Shown here piece after piece: positions 9,310-18,122 of a DNA stretch of 32,000 nt. The translations under genes and the position numbers were made by a program. The notes beneath the pieces are model-generated. The model was not told the origin of the DNA. It did no database searches and worked only from the letters and a program-made list of their open reading frames with translations. This stretch comes from Ostreococcus tauri (Eukaryota): assembly GCA_000214015.2 (NCBI GenBank), contig CAID01000002.2, positions 100,624 through 132,623 on the forward strand, read 5' to 3'. Every line of letters starts with the position of its first letter. Position 1 is the first letter of the stretch.

Positions 9310-11052
9310 ATGCCGGCTGAACAAACCAGTCAAATCGGAGATGTTCCGCTCGCTTGGTACAGGGATTTGGCGCACGAGGGTTACAACGTGGACGGTAGGC
9401 GACTTTCAAAGAGCGTGGAAACTGACTCGCTATCGAACTTGCTAAGTAATATTGATGACCGTTCTGCATGGCGCAGGATTTCAGATGCATTGTCTGGAGG
9501 GCATATAAAGCTATCTAAATCTGACGTGCTGCTGTTACAACGAATACAAGCCGGCTGGCTTCCGTCAGATTCACTCGAGCATACCTGGGAGTGGGATTCA
9601 AGCACTAATACAGACCGTGTTGCTAGTTCTACCGAGCCAAAACGTAGATTTCTACCGTCACAGGGGGAAGCAAAAGCTGTCGCAAGACTAGTGCGAGTCT
9701 TGAGACGGACATTCCAGACTGGCCAGCCGGCAATAGAACATGCTCCACATGATTATGACATTTGGGCAGCACCTCCAACCGAGCAACCGAACACCCTTGG
9801 CCGGATTCGTGCGCGCAAGCCTAGTCTACCAGCCAACGAATTATCCTTCAATCCACCAGTAGAGTATGCGGAGTATGCAAAAATGAACATCTCAAACAAG
9901 TCAGCTTCGCGCCTCAGACAGATGTGCAGTTATGAATGTTTCACACAAGAGAGATTTGAGAGATGCCTGGACTTATACTTGTGCCCCCGTTCTCATCGCG
10001 AGAAGACAGATATATCTCCTGAGGAGTTACTACCGAAACTACCCATGCCAAAGCAGCTCAAGCCATTCCCAGAAATCTTTACACAAAGGTTTTTGCAACA
10101 GCGTGAGACTATTGACTGCTTTTCGGTCAATTGTTCTGGTGAGTGGCTAGCCATGTGCACAAGTTCTGGAAGTTTATTGATTTGGGATGTTCATACGGGA
10201 AAAAATATTTACCATTTTGATTTCAATACGAAGCTAGGGTCTGTTCACTGGCATCCAACGAGAACTCATGTATTGGTAGTGACCATGGGGACTTGTGCTG
10301 TGGTCATACGCTCTCTTGCTTCGTTTGATCCTGGTCAGTTGCGAGCACTAAAGAGTATGCAGAAATCTTCTGAGCAACCTGTCTGGAATTGCTCAAAAGC
10401 TGTCTCAGTCATACAACATGCTTTAACAGTACGGGAGGTTGCATGGCACAGAAAGGGTCGCTACTTTGCAACAATTTTTGGTGAACGAGGTATCACGGTG
10501 CATGACCTAGATTTCAAATGTTCTCAGCAACCGTTCGCAAAGTACGATAGTCGCGTCATGAGCGTGTCTTTTCATCCAACAGAGCCCTTCTTTTTCATCT
10601 GTTCGCCACGGCAAGTTCGTATGTACAATTTGAAAACGCAAGAACTAAAGCGAAAGTTTTCGAATGGGATGACGAATAATATGTGCATGTGTATAAGTTC
10701 AAGTGGATCTAGTCTACTAGTTGGCGAGAGGAGCGGGAAAACACTGTGGTTTGATGTTGAAAGTGATGGCGAGAGCAAAGCAATTGCAGTCCGAGGAGCT
10801 TCAGTACTATCTGTGACATGCCATAATTCGTATCCACTTATCGCCACAGCAGCTCAAGATGGCAAAATTACTGTGTTTCACATGTCTGAACCGTCTGATT
10901 CTGTCGCGGATCCCATGTTTGTTCCGGTAAATGTGATACAAAATTCACACCTTGAGTTGGCCAGGTGTCTAGATGTGCAGTTTCATCCGCGACAACCGTG
11001 GCTTTTTATGAAGCGCGAACCTCAGTCAATTGATCTTTATACACAGAAGTAG
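9310..11052 (+). CDS. BOP1: Ribosome biogenesis protein BOP1/Erb1 (BOP1NT + WD40)
   Basis: 580-aa ATG ORF. DVPLAWYRDLAHEGYNVDGRRL matches the BOP1NT signature ([21 protein letters not shown]). C-terminal WD40 repeats (SLLIWDVHTG, AAQDGKITVFH). Confidence 0.9.
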   Translation: MPAEQTSQIGDVPLAWYRDLAHEGYNVDGRRLSKSVETDSLSNLLSNIDDRSAWRRISDALSGGHIKLSKSDVLLLQRIQAGWLPSDSLEHTWEWDSSTNTDRVASSTEPKRRFLPSQGEAKAVARLVRVLRRTFQTGQPAIEHAPHDYDIWAAPPTEQPNTLGRIRARKPSLPANELSFNPPVEYAEYAKMNISNKSASRLRQMCSYECFTQERFERCLDLYLCPRSHREKTDISPEELLPKLPMPKQLKPFPEIFTQRFLQQRETIDCFSVNCSGEWLAMCTSSGSLLIWDVHTGKNIYHFDFNTKLGSVHWHPTRTHVLVVTMGTCAVVIRSLASFDPGQLRALKSMQKSSEQPVWNCSKAVSVIQHALTVREVAWHRKGRYFATIFGERGITVHDLDFKCSQQPFAKYDSRVMSVSFHPTEPFFFICSPRQVRMYNLKTQELKRKFSNGMTNNMCMCISSSGSSLLVGERSGKTLWFDVESDGESKAIAVRGASVLSVTCHNSYPLIATAAQDGKITVFHMSEPSDSVADPMFVPVNVIQNSHLELARCLDVQFHPRQPWLFMKREPQSIDLYTQK

Positions 11053-11268
11053 ATGAATTTAGACAGTATGTTTTTTCTATGACGCCAAGCTCAGTGAAGT
11101 TATTACAAAACTTTGTTTACGACGAACGCAGAATCACAGGGTGTCCCAAGAACAGGCACAACGATTTAAAAGTTATCTTCGTCGGTCGATGAATCGTAGT
11201 TCGGATCAGTTAGAATTTTCCACCCTGTATAATTTTTTAAATCAAATTAAATGAACAGAGTATGTATA

Positions 11269-11604
11269 TTAATGAAGCTCACCTTCGACGACAAAGAGTC
11301 GTCGTATTGTGACCAAGTTGACATCTTTCTGAATGCCGTAATCTACGAGATTCTTATCAGCCATGAGATGTACGCCATTATGCAAGACTCTATCTTCTTT
11401 ATTCACATCCATGTCAGGTAAACATGTGGTCTCACATTTCTGAATATATTGCCAACTAGACTGAGAAATTTCGTGCACTGTGGCTTGCTTTGGGAAATTG
11501 AGTTCTACGTCATCTAGAATCAACGTTTTCGTGGAGAGGCTTGAGTTATGATATAAACTCCACTTCGTCACCTCAATTCTAGGATGTACGCGAACCTTGA
11601 CCAT
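11269..11604 (-). CDS. Small ubiquitin-like (beta-grasp) domain protein, family unassigned
   Basis: First ATG within ORF 11269-11652 (the track start is TTG). The C-terminal half VELNFPKQATVHEISQ...RVLHNGVHLMADKNLVDYGIQKDVNLVTIRR follows the ubiquitin-fold pattern (..RLI.G..L.D...L.DYGI....L.L..R). Confidence 0.45.
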   Translation of the reverse strand: MVKVRVHPRIEVTKWSLYHNSSLSTKTLILDDVELNFPKQATVHEISQSSWQYIQKCETTCLPDMDVNKEDRVLHNGVHLMADKNLVDYGIQKDVNLVTIRRLFVVEGELH

Positions 11605-11650
11605 TAATTGATGAGGAAACGTACGCCGGTGTGACGAATTCCGCGCTGAC

Positions 11651-11682
11651 AAAAAAAAACGCCTCGCGAGCGTTTTTTTTTT
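11651..11682. repeat. A9CGC / GCGT10 hairpin (12-bp stem, 7-nt loop)
   Basis: AAAAAAAAACGC-ctcgcga-GCGTTTTTTTTTT sits immediately upstream of the 11604 ATG on the minus strand. Confidence 0.85.
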
Positions 11683-11837
11683 GCAGAATCGATTGTATCG
11701 ATGTTGGGACTTTGCTGATTCCGACCCCTTGAAATTTTCAGGCCGACCCCAGCCAGAAAACGCTCGTGTTAACTATTAAATTCATTTTTTACGATGCATA
11801 GCTATATACTATTTTCGAAATCATTTGTGCACCATAA

Positions 11838-13886
11838 GGCCGAGGGGGAGATAGCCGGTAATAACGAAATTTTGGTGGCGTCAAGTAAAAAAAACGAAAT
11901 TTCACCACGGGGGAGATAGAATTTCGCTCAAAATTTCACTTCAAATTTCACTTTTCCCGATTTCGCGAGGCGAAATTGGGCAAATATCGCCTCGCCCGAA
12001 CGAAATTTTGCCTCGGGGCAAAATTTGAAGTGAAATTTTTTGGTGGTTCATGACTCGTGACGTCGAGGGGGTCAGTATCGTCCCGAATATCGTCGCGCAT
12101 CTCCCCCGTGGTGAAATTAAAAAACGAAAACTCGTGCCCGACACTCCATCGCGCGCCATGGCGCACGCGCCGCACCCGCACGCCTCAGACGCGGCCGCTC
12201 TGGGGTCGGCGCACGTCGCCGTAGACGAAGCGGAGTACGCGGGTGCTCGCGAGTCGCTCGCGTCGCAGGACACTGCCGCGGGCGGGCGGCGGAAGAGCGG
12301 CATCCCTCGTGGTCCGAGCTGGACTCCTTTTGAACAACTTGCCGCGCTCGACGCATACTTCAGCGCGTGCGAAGTCGTGCAAGAGAGTAGGGAGGTCGAT
12401 CGATGGCAACACGCTAACAAGCGGTACCCCCATTACGTTCGGGAGCTCGCCGCGTTGGGTCTGTGGAAACCATCGACGACCGTACACGGCGCGAGGACGC
12501 CCGAGGAATCCATCGACGCACGTCGGTGCGAAGAAGTCAACGAACACGGTGTCGTCGGAGCGAACAAGACTGTGTTCGAACGTGGAAAGGCTGTGAAGGC
12601 ACACGTGCTCAAAGTCGCGCACATTTTCCGACGTGATTTCAGAGCGTGCGGAAACCAACAAGGTGAGTCTGGAAAAGCCGTCAGGACTTTTGGACAAGCA
12701 AGAGAACGAAGCTTTGAAAGAAAAACATTCAGAAGCGACCCTTGTGGTATTCAGGTACGTGGTGCCAGACTCCCCGTATCTCGATCCCGCTGCGTACAGG
12801 ACGCTGAAAGAACGTGCGAGACCGGAGTTCGCGCTAAGACACGAAGACAGGTGCACTTCGGCTGCGAACACTGCCAGTTGGTTACAGCAGCGCACAGCGG
12901 CGGCGACAGCACGTCGCGAGTCGGTACATCCGATAACCATGGCGCCGGATAAATCACCTACACGTGCTATGAGAGAAGAGGCGCTCGAGCGACAGGTCAT
13001 CGAGGAATTGCGTCGTACCAACGATGTGCTTGAAATGATGATGCGCTTCGTCGCGCAAGGTGAACTTCTACTTCCAGCGCGAACGGGTTCGGAGGCGCCT
13101 TCCACTGTGCCGGCTCGTGACGGCGAAACGATTGATCCGATTGGAGCCGAAAACACGATTGACGCCGAGAACATCGGCGCCGCCTTCGCACACAGCCGTC
13201 ATGAAGTTGGCGTTGGTGGAAATCAGAGCGCTGGCGCTGATGCGGTAACCGCGCATAGTGCTGCATACGTCCTGTTCACATGCATCGTCAGTGTGCGATC
13301 GACTCAAGCGATGCATTGTGCCGCCGACGAACATACGAACGTCCGGGAACGGCTTGTTTTCAAAACAACTTCAAAGATTCCCTTTCCTCATTCTTGCCTG
13401 CGTCGCGCCGACGCACGTCCACGCGCCTATACGTCCAGGGGCACGACGCGTGCGGTTGAAAACATCGTCAGAACGTCGTGCGCCTCGCGAACGGCTTGAT
13501 CGCGATTCCGACGTACGGCTCGCGCGTCATCTTTCGCGTCAGAGCGAGCACGTTTTGACTCGCGCGAAGTGCGCGCCCTGGACGCGCGCGTTGCGCGCGT
13601 GCCCACGATCCGCGGCGCGGAGTGCGTCAGACGAACGTTCTCCTTCGCTTCCGCATTCGGTGAAGGGCGAAAAAACTCGACGCGCGCGTGTGGGAGTGCG
13701 AGCGGTTCGGTACATTTCCCAACCATCCTTTCCCCAAAACCAGTACCGAGTCGACCGAATTTGAATTTTCATCACAAATTTCACCCCTCATCTCCCCCGT
13801 TGCGATAATTAGGCCTATCCGGACAGAATTACCGAAACGAAAATCAAAGTGAAATTATCGTTTCACAATCTATCTCCCCCCCGGCC
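11838..13886 (+). mobile_element. PIF/Harbinger-superfamily DNA transposon (no DDE transposase ORF; one internal ORF)
   Basis: The 17-bp TIR GGCCGAGGGGGAGATAG (11838-11854) matches the reverse complement of 13870-13886 at 16/17. It is flanked by TAA at 11835-11837 and 13887-13889, the 3-bp TAA TSD diagnostic of PIF/Harbinger. Subterminal GGGGGAGAT and GAAATTTCAC repeats (11913, 12098 inverted, 13787). The interior is about 70% GC. Confidence 0.7.
12050..13499 (+). CDS. Harbinger-internal ORF, possibly the Myb/SANT-like accessory protein; 2 exons (12050-12662, 12733-13499)
   Basis: The ATG ORF 12050- shifts into the ORF ending at 13499 if a 70-nt GTGAGT...TTCAG intron (12663-12732) is removed (..ACGNQQ|EATLVVFRYVVPD..). 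The segment SWTPFEQLAALDAYFSACEV is Myb/SANT-like. That assignment is inference. Confidence 0.4.
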
Positions 13887-13896
13887 TAAGCTTACA

Positions 13897-14243
13897 CTAT
13901 AGGTTGGGAAATCACCATCTATGGGTGGTGATGGTGATTTCAAATCACGATGTCGTGATTTAGATCGTGATTTGATATTGCGTGTATGTAAAGCCTATCA
14001 TTTTTTCTGATATTGACAGTGATAGGCGTCACGTGACTGATACTACGACATGTCGGCACCGATGTCGAGGACATACGGCGATGATGCGTACATTGCGTCA
14101 CTGTTCTAACCCTAGCACCCCGCGTCGACACGGTTCGTGCAAGCTCGAAAGGTTAAATCACGATCTACGGGTCGTGATCGTGATTCAAATCACGAAGTTT
14201 CGGGTCGTGATTTAGATCGTGATCGTGATTTTACCCAACCTAG
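13897..14243. mobile_element. hAT-like MITE, family Z, copy 1 (8-bp TSD)
   Basis: Termini CTATAGGTTGGG... and ...CCCAACCTAG. 8-bp TSD AGCTTACA at 13889-13896 and 14244-14251. Dense subterminal TCACGAT/ATCGTGA repeats. Homologous, in inverted orientation, to 27941-28384. Confidence 0.75.
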
Positions 14244-14331
14244 AGCTTACACATACGACGGGCGCAGCGTCGTTACAGACGCTGTATATATTCAGACGCA
14301 CTATATTCAGACAATAGCTCGTCTAATTATC

Positions 14332-14338
14332 AAAAAAA
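14332..14338 (-). terminator. Pol III T-run (T7 on the minus strand) downstream of tRNA-Leu
   Basis: A7 on the plus strand at 14332-14338, 6 nt beyond the tRNA 3' end. Confidence 0.6.
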
Positions 14339-14343
14339 TATCG

Positions 14344-14464
14344 TGCTGAGAGTGGGGTTCGAACCCACGCAGTCAGTGACTACCAGAACACTCACCTAAG
14401 TTCCGGTGAAGCTCGAACGCGTCGTACTTGAGTCTGGCCCCTTGGACCACTCGGGCATCCCAGC
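14344..14464 (-). tRNA. tRNA-Leu(CAA): tRNA-Leu(CAA), class II, with a ~38-nt intron (about 14389-14426)
   Basis: Hand-folded. Acceptor GCTGGGA/TCTCAGC plus discriminator A. D arm CCC-GAGTGGTCCAA-GGG. Anticodon stem CCAGA/TCTGG with loop CTCAAG|intron|T (CAA at 14430-14428). Long variable arm AGTC-ACT-GACT. T arm GTGGG-TTCGAAC-CCCAC. The mature length is 83 nt. Confidence 0.9.
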
Positions 14465-14566
14465 GACAGTCGACGAAGGTATCCTTGGGTATCTATACTA
14501 TTCATTTACAAGATCGAAGGCGTTTAGGACTGAGGAGCGGACAGAATAATTCTGTGTTCGTTTCAA

Positions 14567-16027
14567 CTAGAAAAACCTATGCTGCAACGCATCTACCGTG
14601 CTGATGCGTTCTTTTCTATCGGTCTTCAGCAGCTGACTTGCAAGATCCCACCCAGCACCCTCATCAGCGTCAAGAACACTCACGTCGGATACTCCCACAG
14701 GAGAGGCAGATTTGTCAAACTTGGTTCGCCACTTTTGAAGGTTGAAGTCACACTGCTCAAGCTCACTTTTGAACTTAGTAAGTTTATCTGGATGACTTAA
14801 CGAAGGGATGCATATTTGAAGCATGATGATGCCGGCGCTGAATAAATCGAATTTTTCGGGTTGATAATGCTCCCACAGCTGTAATAAATTCGAGTCAACC
14901 GGCGTTGGAGACTCCTTAGGTAAAAGATAAATGTCTGTAGGCAAGCAGTATCGAGGGTCTGCCGGCCCTTCACCCGGTATGTAATTCTTGGGCCTGCCTA
15001 AGCACTGTGCAGATCCTCCAAGGTCGATAAAGACGAGCCCTGTTTTTGTAAAAATAAGATTGTCAGGTTTGACATCTCGGTGAACGATCCCTGCAGTGTG
15101 CAACATTTGCAAGTTCTCAAAAATAGAGCTTAAAATAGCTTTGACAACTTCTTGTTGTTTCGCAGTCCGAGGGAGGTTGAATGATTCAGTAGTGACGTCG
15201 AGCAGCTTTTTCGCGTCAACCAGAGCTTCCCCAAGCGTCACTGAACCACAATACTCCCACATTAACCACAGCCCAGCGGTCAGTGTACCGTTGTAAATCT
15301 GGCCTTCATTCCGCTGATCGATTTCACAGCAACCGTAAAATCTCGCGCACGACCCCTTCGCTAATCTATGTACGGTCTCATTGAGTTCAAGCTCGGCGTC
15401 TAAAAATTCTATTGCACCGTAAACGTTTGGTTTGGCACACTTAAGTACAACATCTTTGTCCTTCCATCTGCCCCTAAATACAGTTCCAAAACTACCTTCG
15501 CCAAGAGGTCCACCTTTGAGTATTCTTATGTCTTCTGGTTGAACGCCTACCGTGCGACGAAGTACCGCTCGTCCCGTTATCTTCTCTTTCCTTTTCGCTC
15601 CCCAATAAGCTGACAGATCAGCCGGCTCTGCCTCCACGGGGCTTATCTCACAACGCACTAAATACAGTTTAACCTTTGAGCTTGATTGTTGTGATATAAA
15701 AGAGATTATATCTTCGAAGAGCACGGTATCGCAGTTGCCAAGCACTGATTTATTTATTTGTATGCTTTGTATGACATCACCGGCATACACGTTTCCGGTC
15801 GCTTCGGCATTGCCTCCGTAGCGAATTTCATCTACGCGTGCACCTTTCATACCGACGTTTGGTTGCAGAATGATGCCCAAAGGCTTTTCTAGTGTCACTT
15901 GAAATTCGTGCCGTATAGAAGAGCGACGAACGGTACCCCTGGGGACTCCTACGCTCGACCGTGAGCGTCGAGAGAAGCACCCACTGTGGCTCTGTATTAC
16001 AAAACCCACTGTGCTTTGAGTCGACAT
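14567..16027 (-). CDS. STN7/STN8 (Stt7)-family serine/threonine kinase with an N-terminal PDZ-like domain and an S/R-rich presequence
   Basis: First ATG of ORF 14567-16045 (the track start is GTG). Kinase motifs LGEGSFGTVFRG, HRDVKPDNLIF and the family-specific DLG: IDLGGSAQCLGRPKNYIPGEGPADPRY...FDLFSAGIIMLQICIPSL...ELEQCDFNLQKWR...GAGWDL...RISTVDALQHRFF parallels Arabidopsis STN7. Residues about 45-130 (FQVTLEKPLGIIL...GARVDEIRYGGNAEATGNVYAGDVIQSI...VKLYLVR) fit a PDZ fold. Confidence 0.85.
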   Translation of the reverse strand: MSTQSTVGFVIQSHSGCFSRRSRSSVGVPRGTVRRSSIRHEFQVTLEKPLGIILQPNVGMKGARVDEIRYGGNAEATGNVYAGDVIQSIQINKSVLGNCDTVLFEDIISFISQQSSSKVKLYLVRCEISPVEAEPADLSAYWGAKRKEKITGRAVLRRTVGVQPEDIRILKGGPLGEGSFGTVFRGRWKDKDVVLKCAKPNVYGAIEFLDAELELNETVHRLAKGSCARFYGCCEIDQRNEGQIYNGTLTAGLWLMWEYCGSVTLGEALVDAKKLLDVTTESFNLPRTAKQQEVVKAILSSIFENLQMLHTAGIVHRDVKPDNLIFTKTGLVFIDLGGSAQCLGRPKNYIPGEGPADPRYCLPTDIYLLPKESPTPVDSNLLQLWEHYQPEKFDLFSAGIIMLQICIPSLSHPDKLTKFKSELEQCDFNLQKWRTKFDKSASPVGVSDVSVLDADEGAGWDLASQLLKTDRKERISTVDALQHRFF

Positions 16028-16515
16028 GATCGAACTCGTTGTCACCGGAAACCTCGTCCCGGCGCCACTGTTCAGCTCTGAAGGCTCCGCGAGTCGTAAA
16101 AATCTCCGTCGAAGTTAACACAGTCACGGCGCGATTAGTATTCCACGACACCAACTGGAGTGTATTGGGTGTTCCTTGTTCCTTTTCACCGTTCCCGTAC
16201 GGGTTGAGTTTCGTGCCGCGTAGAAGAGCGACGAAAGGCGCAGGTTAGTAACCTGAGGTTACTGAGGACAAGGAGAAAAGCGCATTAAGGCCGACTAAGA
16301 GTAACGTTAGTATTGTCACCATACCCGAAGAGTGTAACTCGAGGGTCGGTGACCCTCCCGCGGTATATGGATTTTGACACGGCGCACACGACGAGTCGTG
16401 AATCGACCTCTTTTTGGGGCTCTAAAATCCCGGCGAGGGGGTACGCGAGAGAAACGCGAGTCACGACCCGTCGAAGACCCCTCGTTGACGCGACGAGTCG
16501 CGATGCGTTGGAGAG

Positions 16516-16888
16516 CTGATTTTCTGGACCCGCGCGCGACGACGGCGCGAGCGCGAGTGCGAGCGCGGACGCGAACGGTTTCGTCTGCCGATCGCGCGCG
16601 CGCGCGCGTCGCGGCGTCGTAAGGAGGCGCGACGCTGGGGCGGTCAATATTGACCGTAAACCCTATTTTCTAGGGTTTAGAATACACGGCGCGAGTTAAC
16701 GTCGTGGATCGATTCGTCGACGTTTTTTAACTTTTCTCTCCAAATTTGAGCGATTTTCGTCGCGATTCGGCGTCGCAACGCGCGTTAAGACGCAAATTGA
16801 TGTGATTGCGTGCGATGATGTGAATCATCGATTGGTTTCCACAGTGTGATCGCTCGAACGGCGCCGGCGCGCGGGTCCAGAAAATCAG
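16516..16888. repeat. 22-bp perfect inverted repeat pair bracketing two central palindromes (MITE-like)
   Basis: CTGATTTTCTGGACCCGCGCGC at 16516-16537 is the reverse complement of 16867-16888. Between them lie CGGTCAATATTGACCG (16641-16656) and TAAACCCTA-ttttc-TAGGGTTTA (16657-16679). Confidence 0.6.
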
Positions 16889-17054
16889 GTCCCAACGAAT
16901 CCATATACCTTTTGAGGGGGGTAATTCCGGTTCCTGACTCGTCAATGGTACCTGATGAATACATTGTTCACGTCACGGGCATTAAAGGCAAATCTTTAAC
17001 ATCGTATGGTGACCACGCGCCAGCGCTTACTTGTATATTTGGATAGACTTTAGT

Positions 17055-17147
17055 TGTAAGCTTAAGGTCCCGTGGTGATCGCGTCGTAGCGCGTTCTGTG
17101 CGTAAAGATCTGTCGTTTCATTAAAAGTCTAAGCTAGTTGTCTCGAA
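17055..17147 (+). mobile_element. LTR-like repeat R3, copy A, interrupted by the foldback element
   Basis: TGTAAGCTTAAGGTCCCGTGGTGATCGCGTCGTAGCGCGTTCTGTGCGTAAAGATCTG..TTTCATTAAAAGTCTAAGCTAG.TGTCTCGA is nearly identical to 30148-30238. Homology stops at the foldback terminus. Confidence 0.6.
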
Positions 17148-17613
17148 CAGATTTTGACTTATCTCCGTAATGGTTGTGCACACCTTTTCTTGAGTCATAA
17201 TCGGTCACGCCATGTATGGGTAAACAGTATGATCGGGGTACTCCAACTTGTGTTTTACCTTGTACAAATTTCGGCAAGTTTTCGCAACACGCGACATGTG
17301 TGCGCGGATAACGCGCCGACGAGGCAGCGAAGACGTGCGTCGCGATGAACAGTTGTAGATACATGCATGTTACATCAGATTCATCCAGTTTCTGCGGCAT
17401 ACGACGGACATAGCGACGTCCTCACGCAGTTCCTCGCGCTCTGGTACTCCACCCCAAGCTCTCAAGAAACCACGTCTAAACCGAAATTTGTACAAGGTAA
17501 AAACACAAGTTGGAGTACCCCCCCCCCCTCATACTGTTTACCAATACATGCCGTGACCGATTATGACTCAAGAAAAGGTGTGCACAACCATTACGGAGAT
17601 TAGTCAAAATCTG
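17148..17613. mobile_element. Foldback-type element, copy b (complete), with ~130-bp terminal inverted repeats
   Basis: CAGATTTTGACTTATCTCCGTAATGGTTGTGCACACC... (17148-~17283) is about 95% identical to the reverse complement of ~17478-17613 (...GGAGATTAGTCAAAATCTG). No coding capacity. The 'conserved' ORFs 8154-8351 and 17134-17400 are just its arms. Confidence 0.8.
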
Positions 17614-18122
17614 ACGAGATGGCCCAATCTCTATCTGAGGTATATGGGTAGACTCGCCGTCCTTTGCGACTTCAGAGATACTACTAAATAAGGAATAACA
17701 CTATATAAAAAGCATTTGCTAGAAATCGACGACACGCTCAAGTGCGTCGCAGCCGCGACGCCACTTGTTGGACTCGACCACTCAGGGACGAGGCTTGTAA
17801 AGACGAACAACTCATCAGCAAGTAATCGCACGCGAAAGGCTTTTCTCTCGCGCACCTCGAGGCCTCGAACCTCAGTCTTTTGGCATTCATTTCGATAGTG
17901 TTGGCGAGGTAGCTCGCCGAGCGCCAGACCCCTGATTTGCATTCCTGAATTGCGAAAACACTACCTGCCGAAATTGAATATAGCCATTGGCTGAGGGTAG
18001 CTGGATCAAAATCCGATACGAAGTACACCCGTGCGGTCACACCGCCCTGTCACGACGAAACTGTTGCACGCTTGGAAATATGACCCTTCTTGAAGGATCT
18101 TGAAGGAGGTCGTTCCACAAGG

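Noticed and set aside
17055-17147. Repeat R3 considered as a tRNA-derived SINE.
   Set aside because: It has no A-box/B-box (no GGTTCGANNCC) and no poly(A) or simple-repeat tail. The TG..CA ends with 5-bp TSDs fit a solo LTR better.
17140-17620. A 3-bp TSD (CGA) for foldback copy b.
   Set aside because: It requires asymmetric one-base extensions of the termini. It also relies on weak homology between the downstream flank and the intact R3 copy. Not demonstrable from one complete copy.
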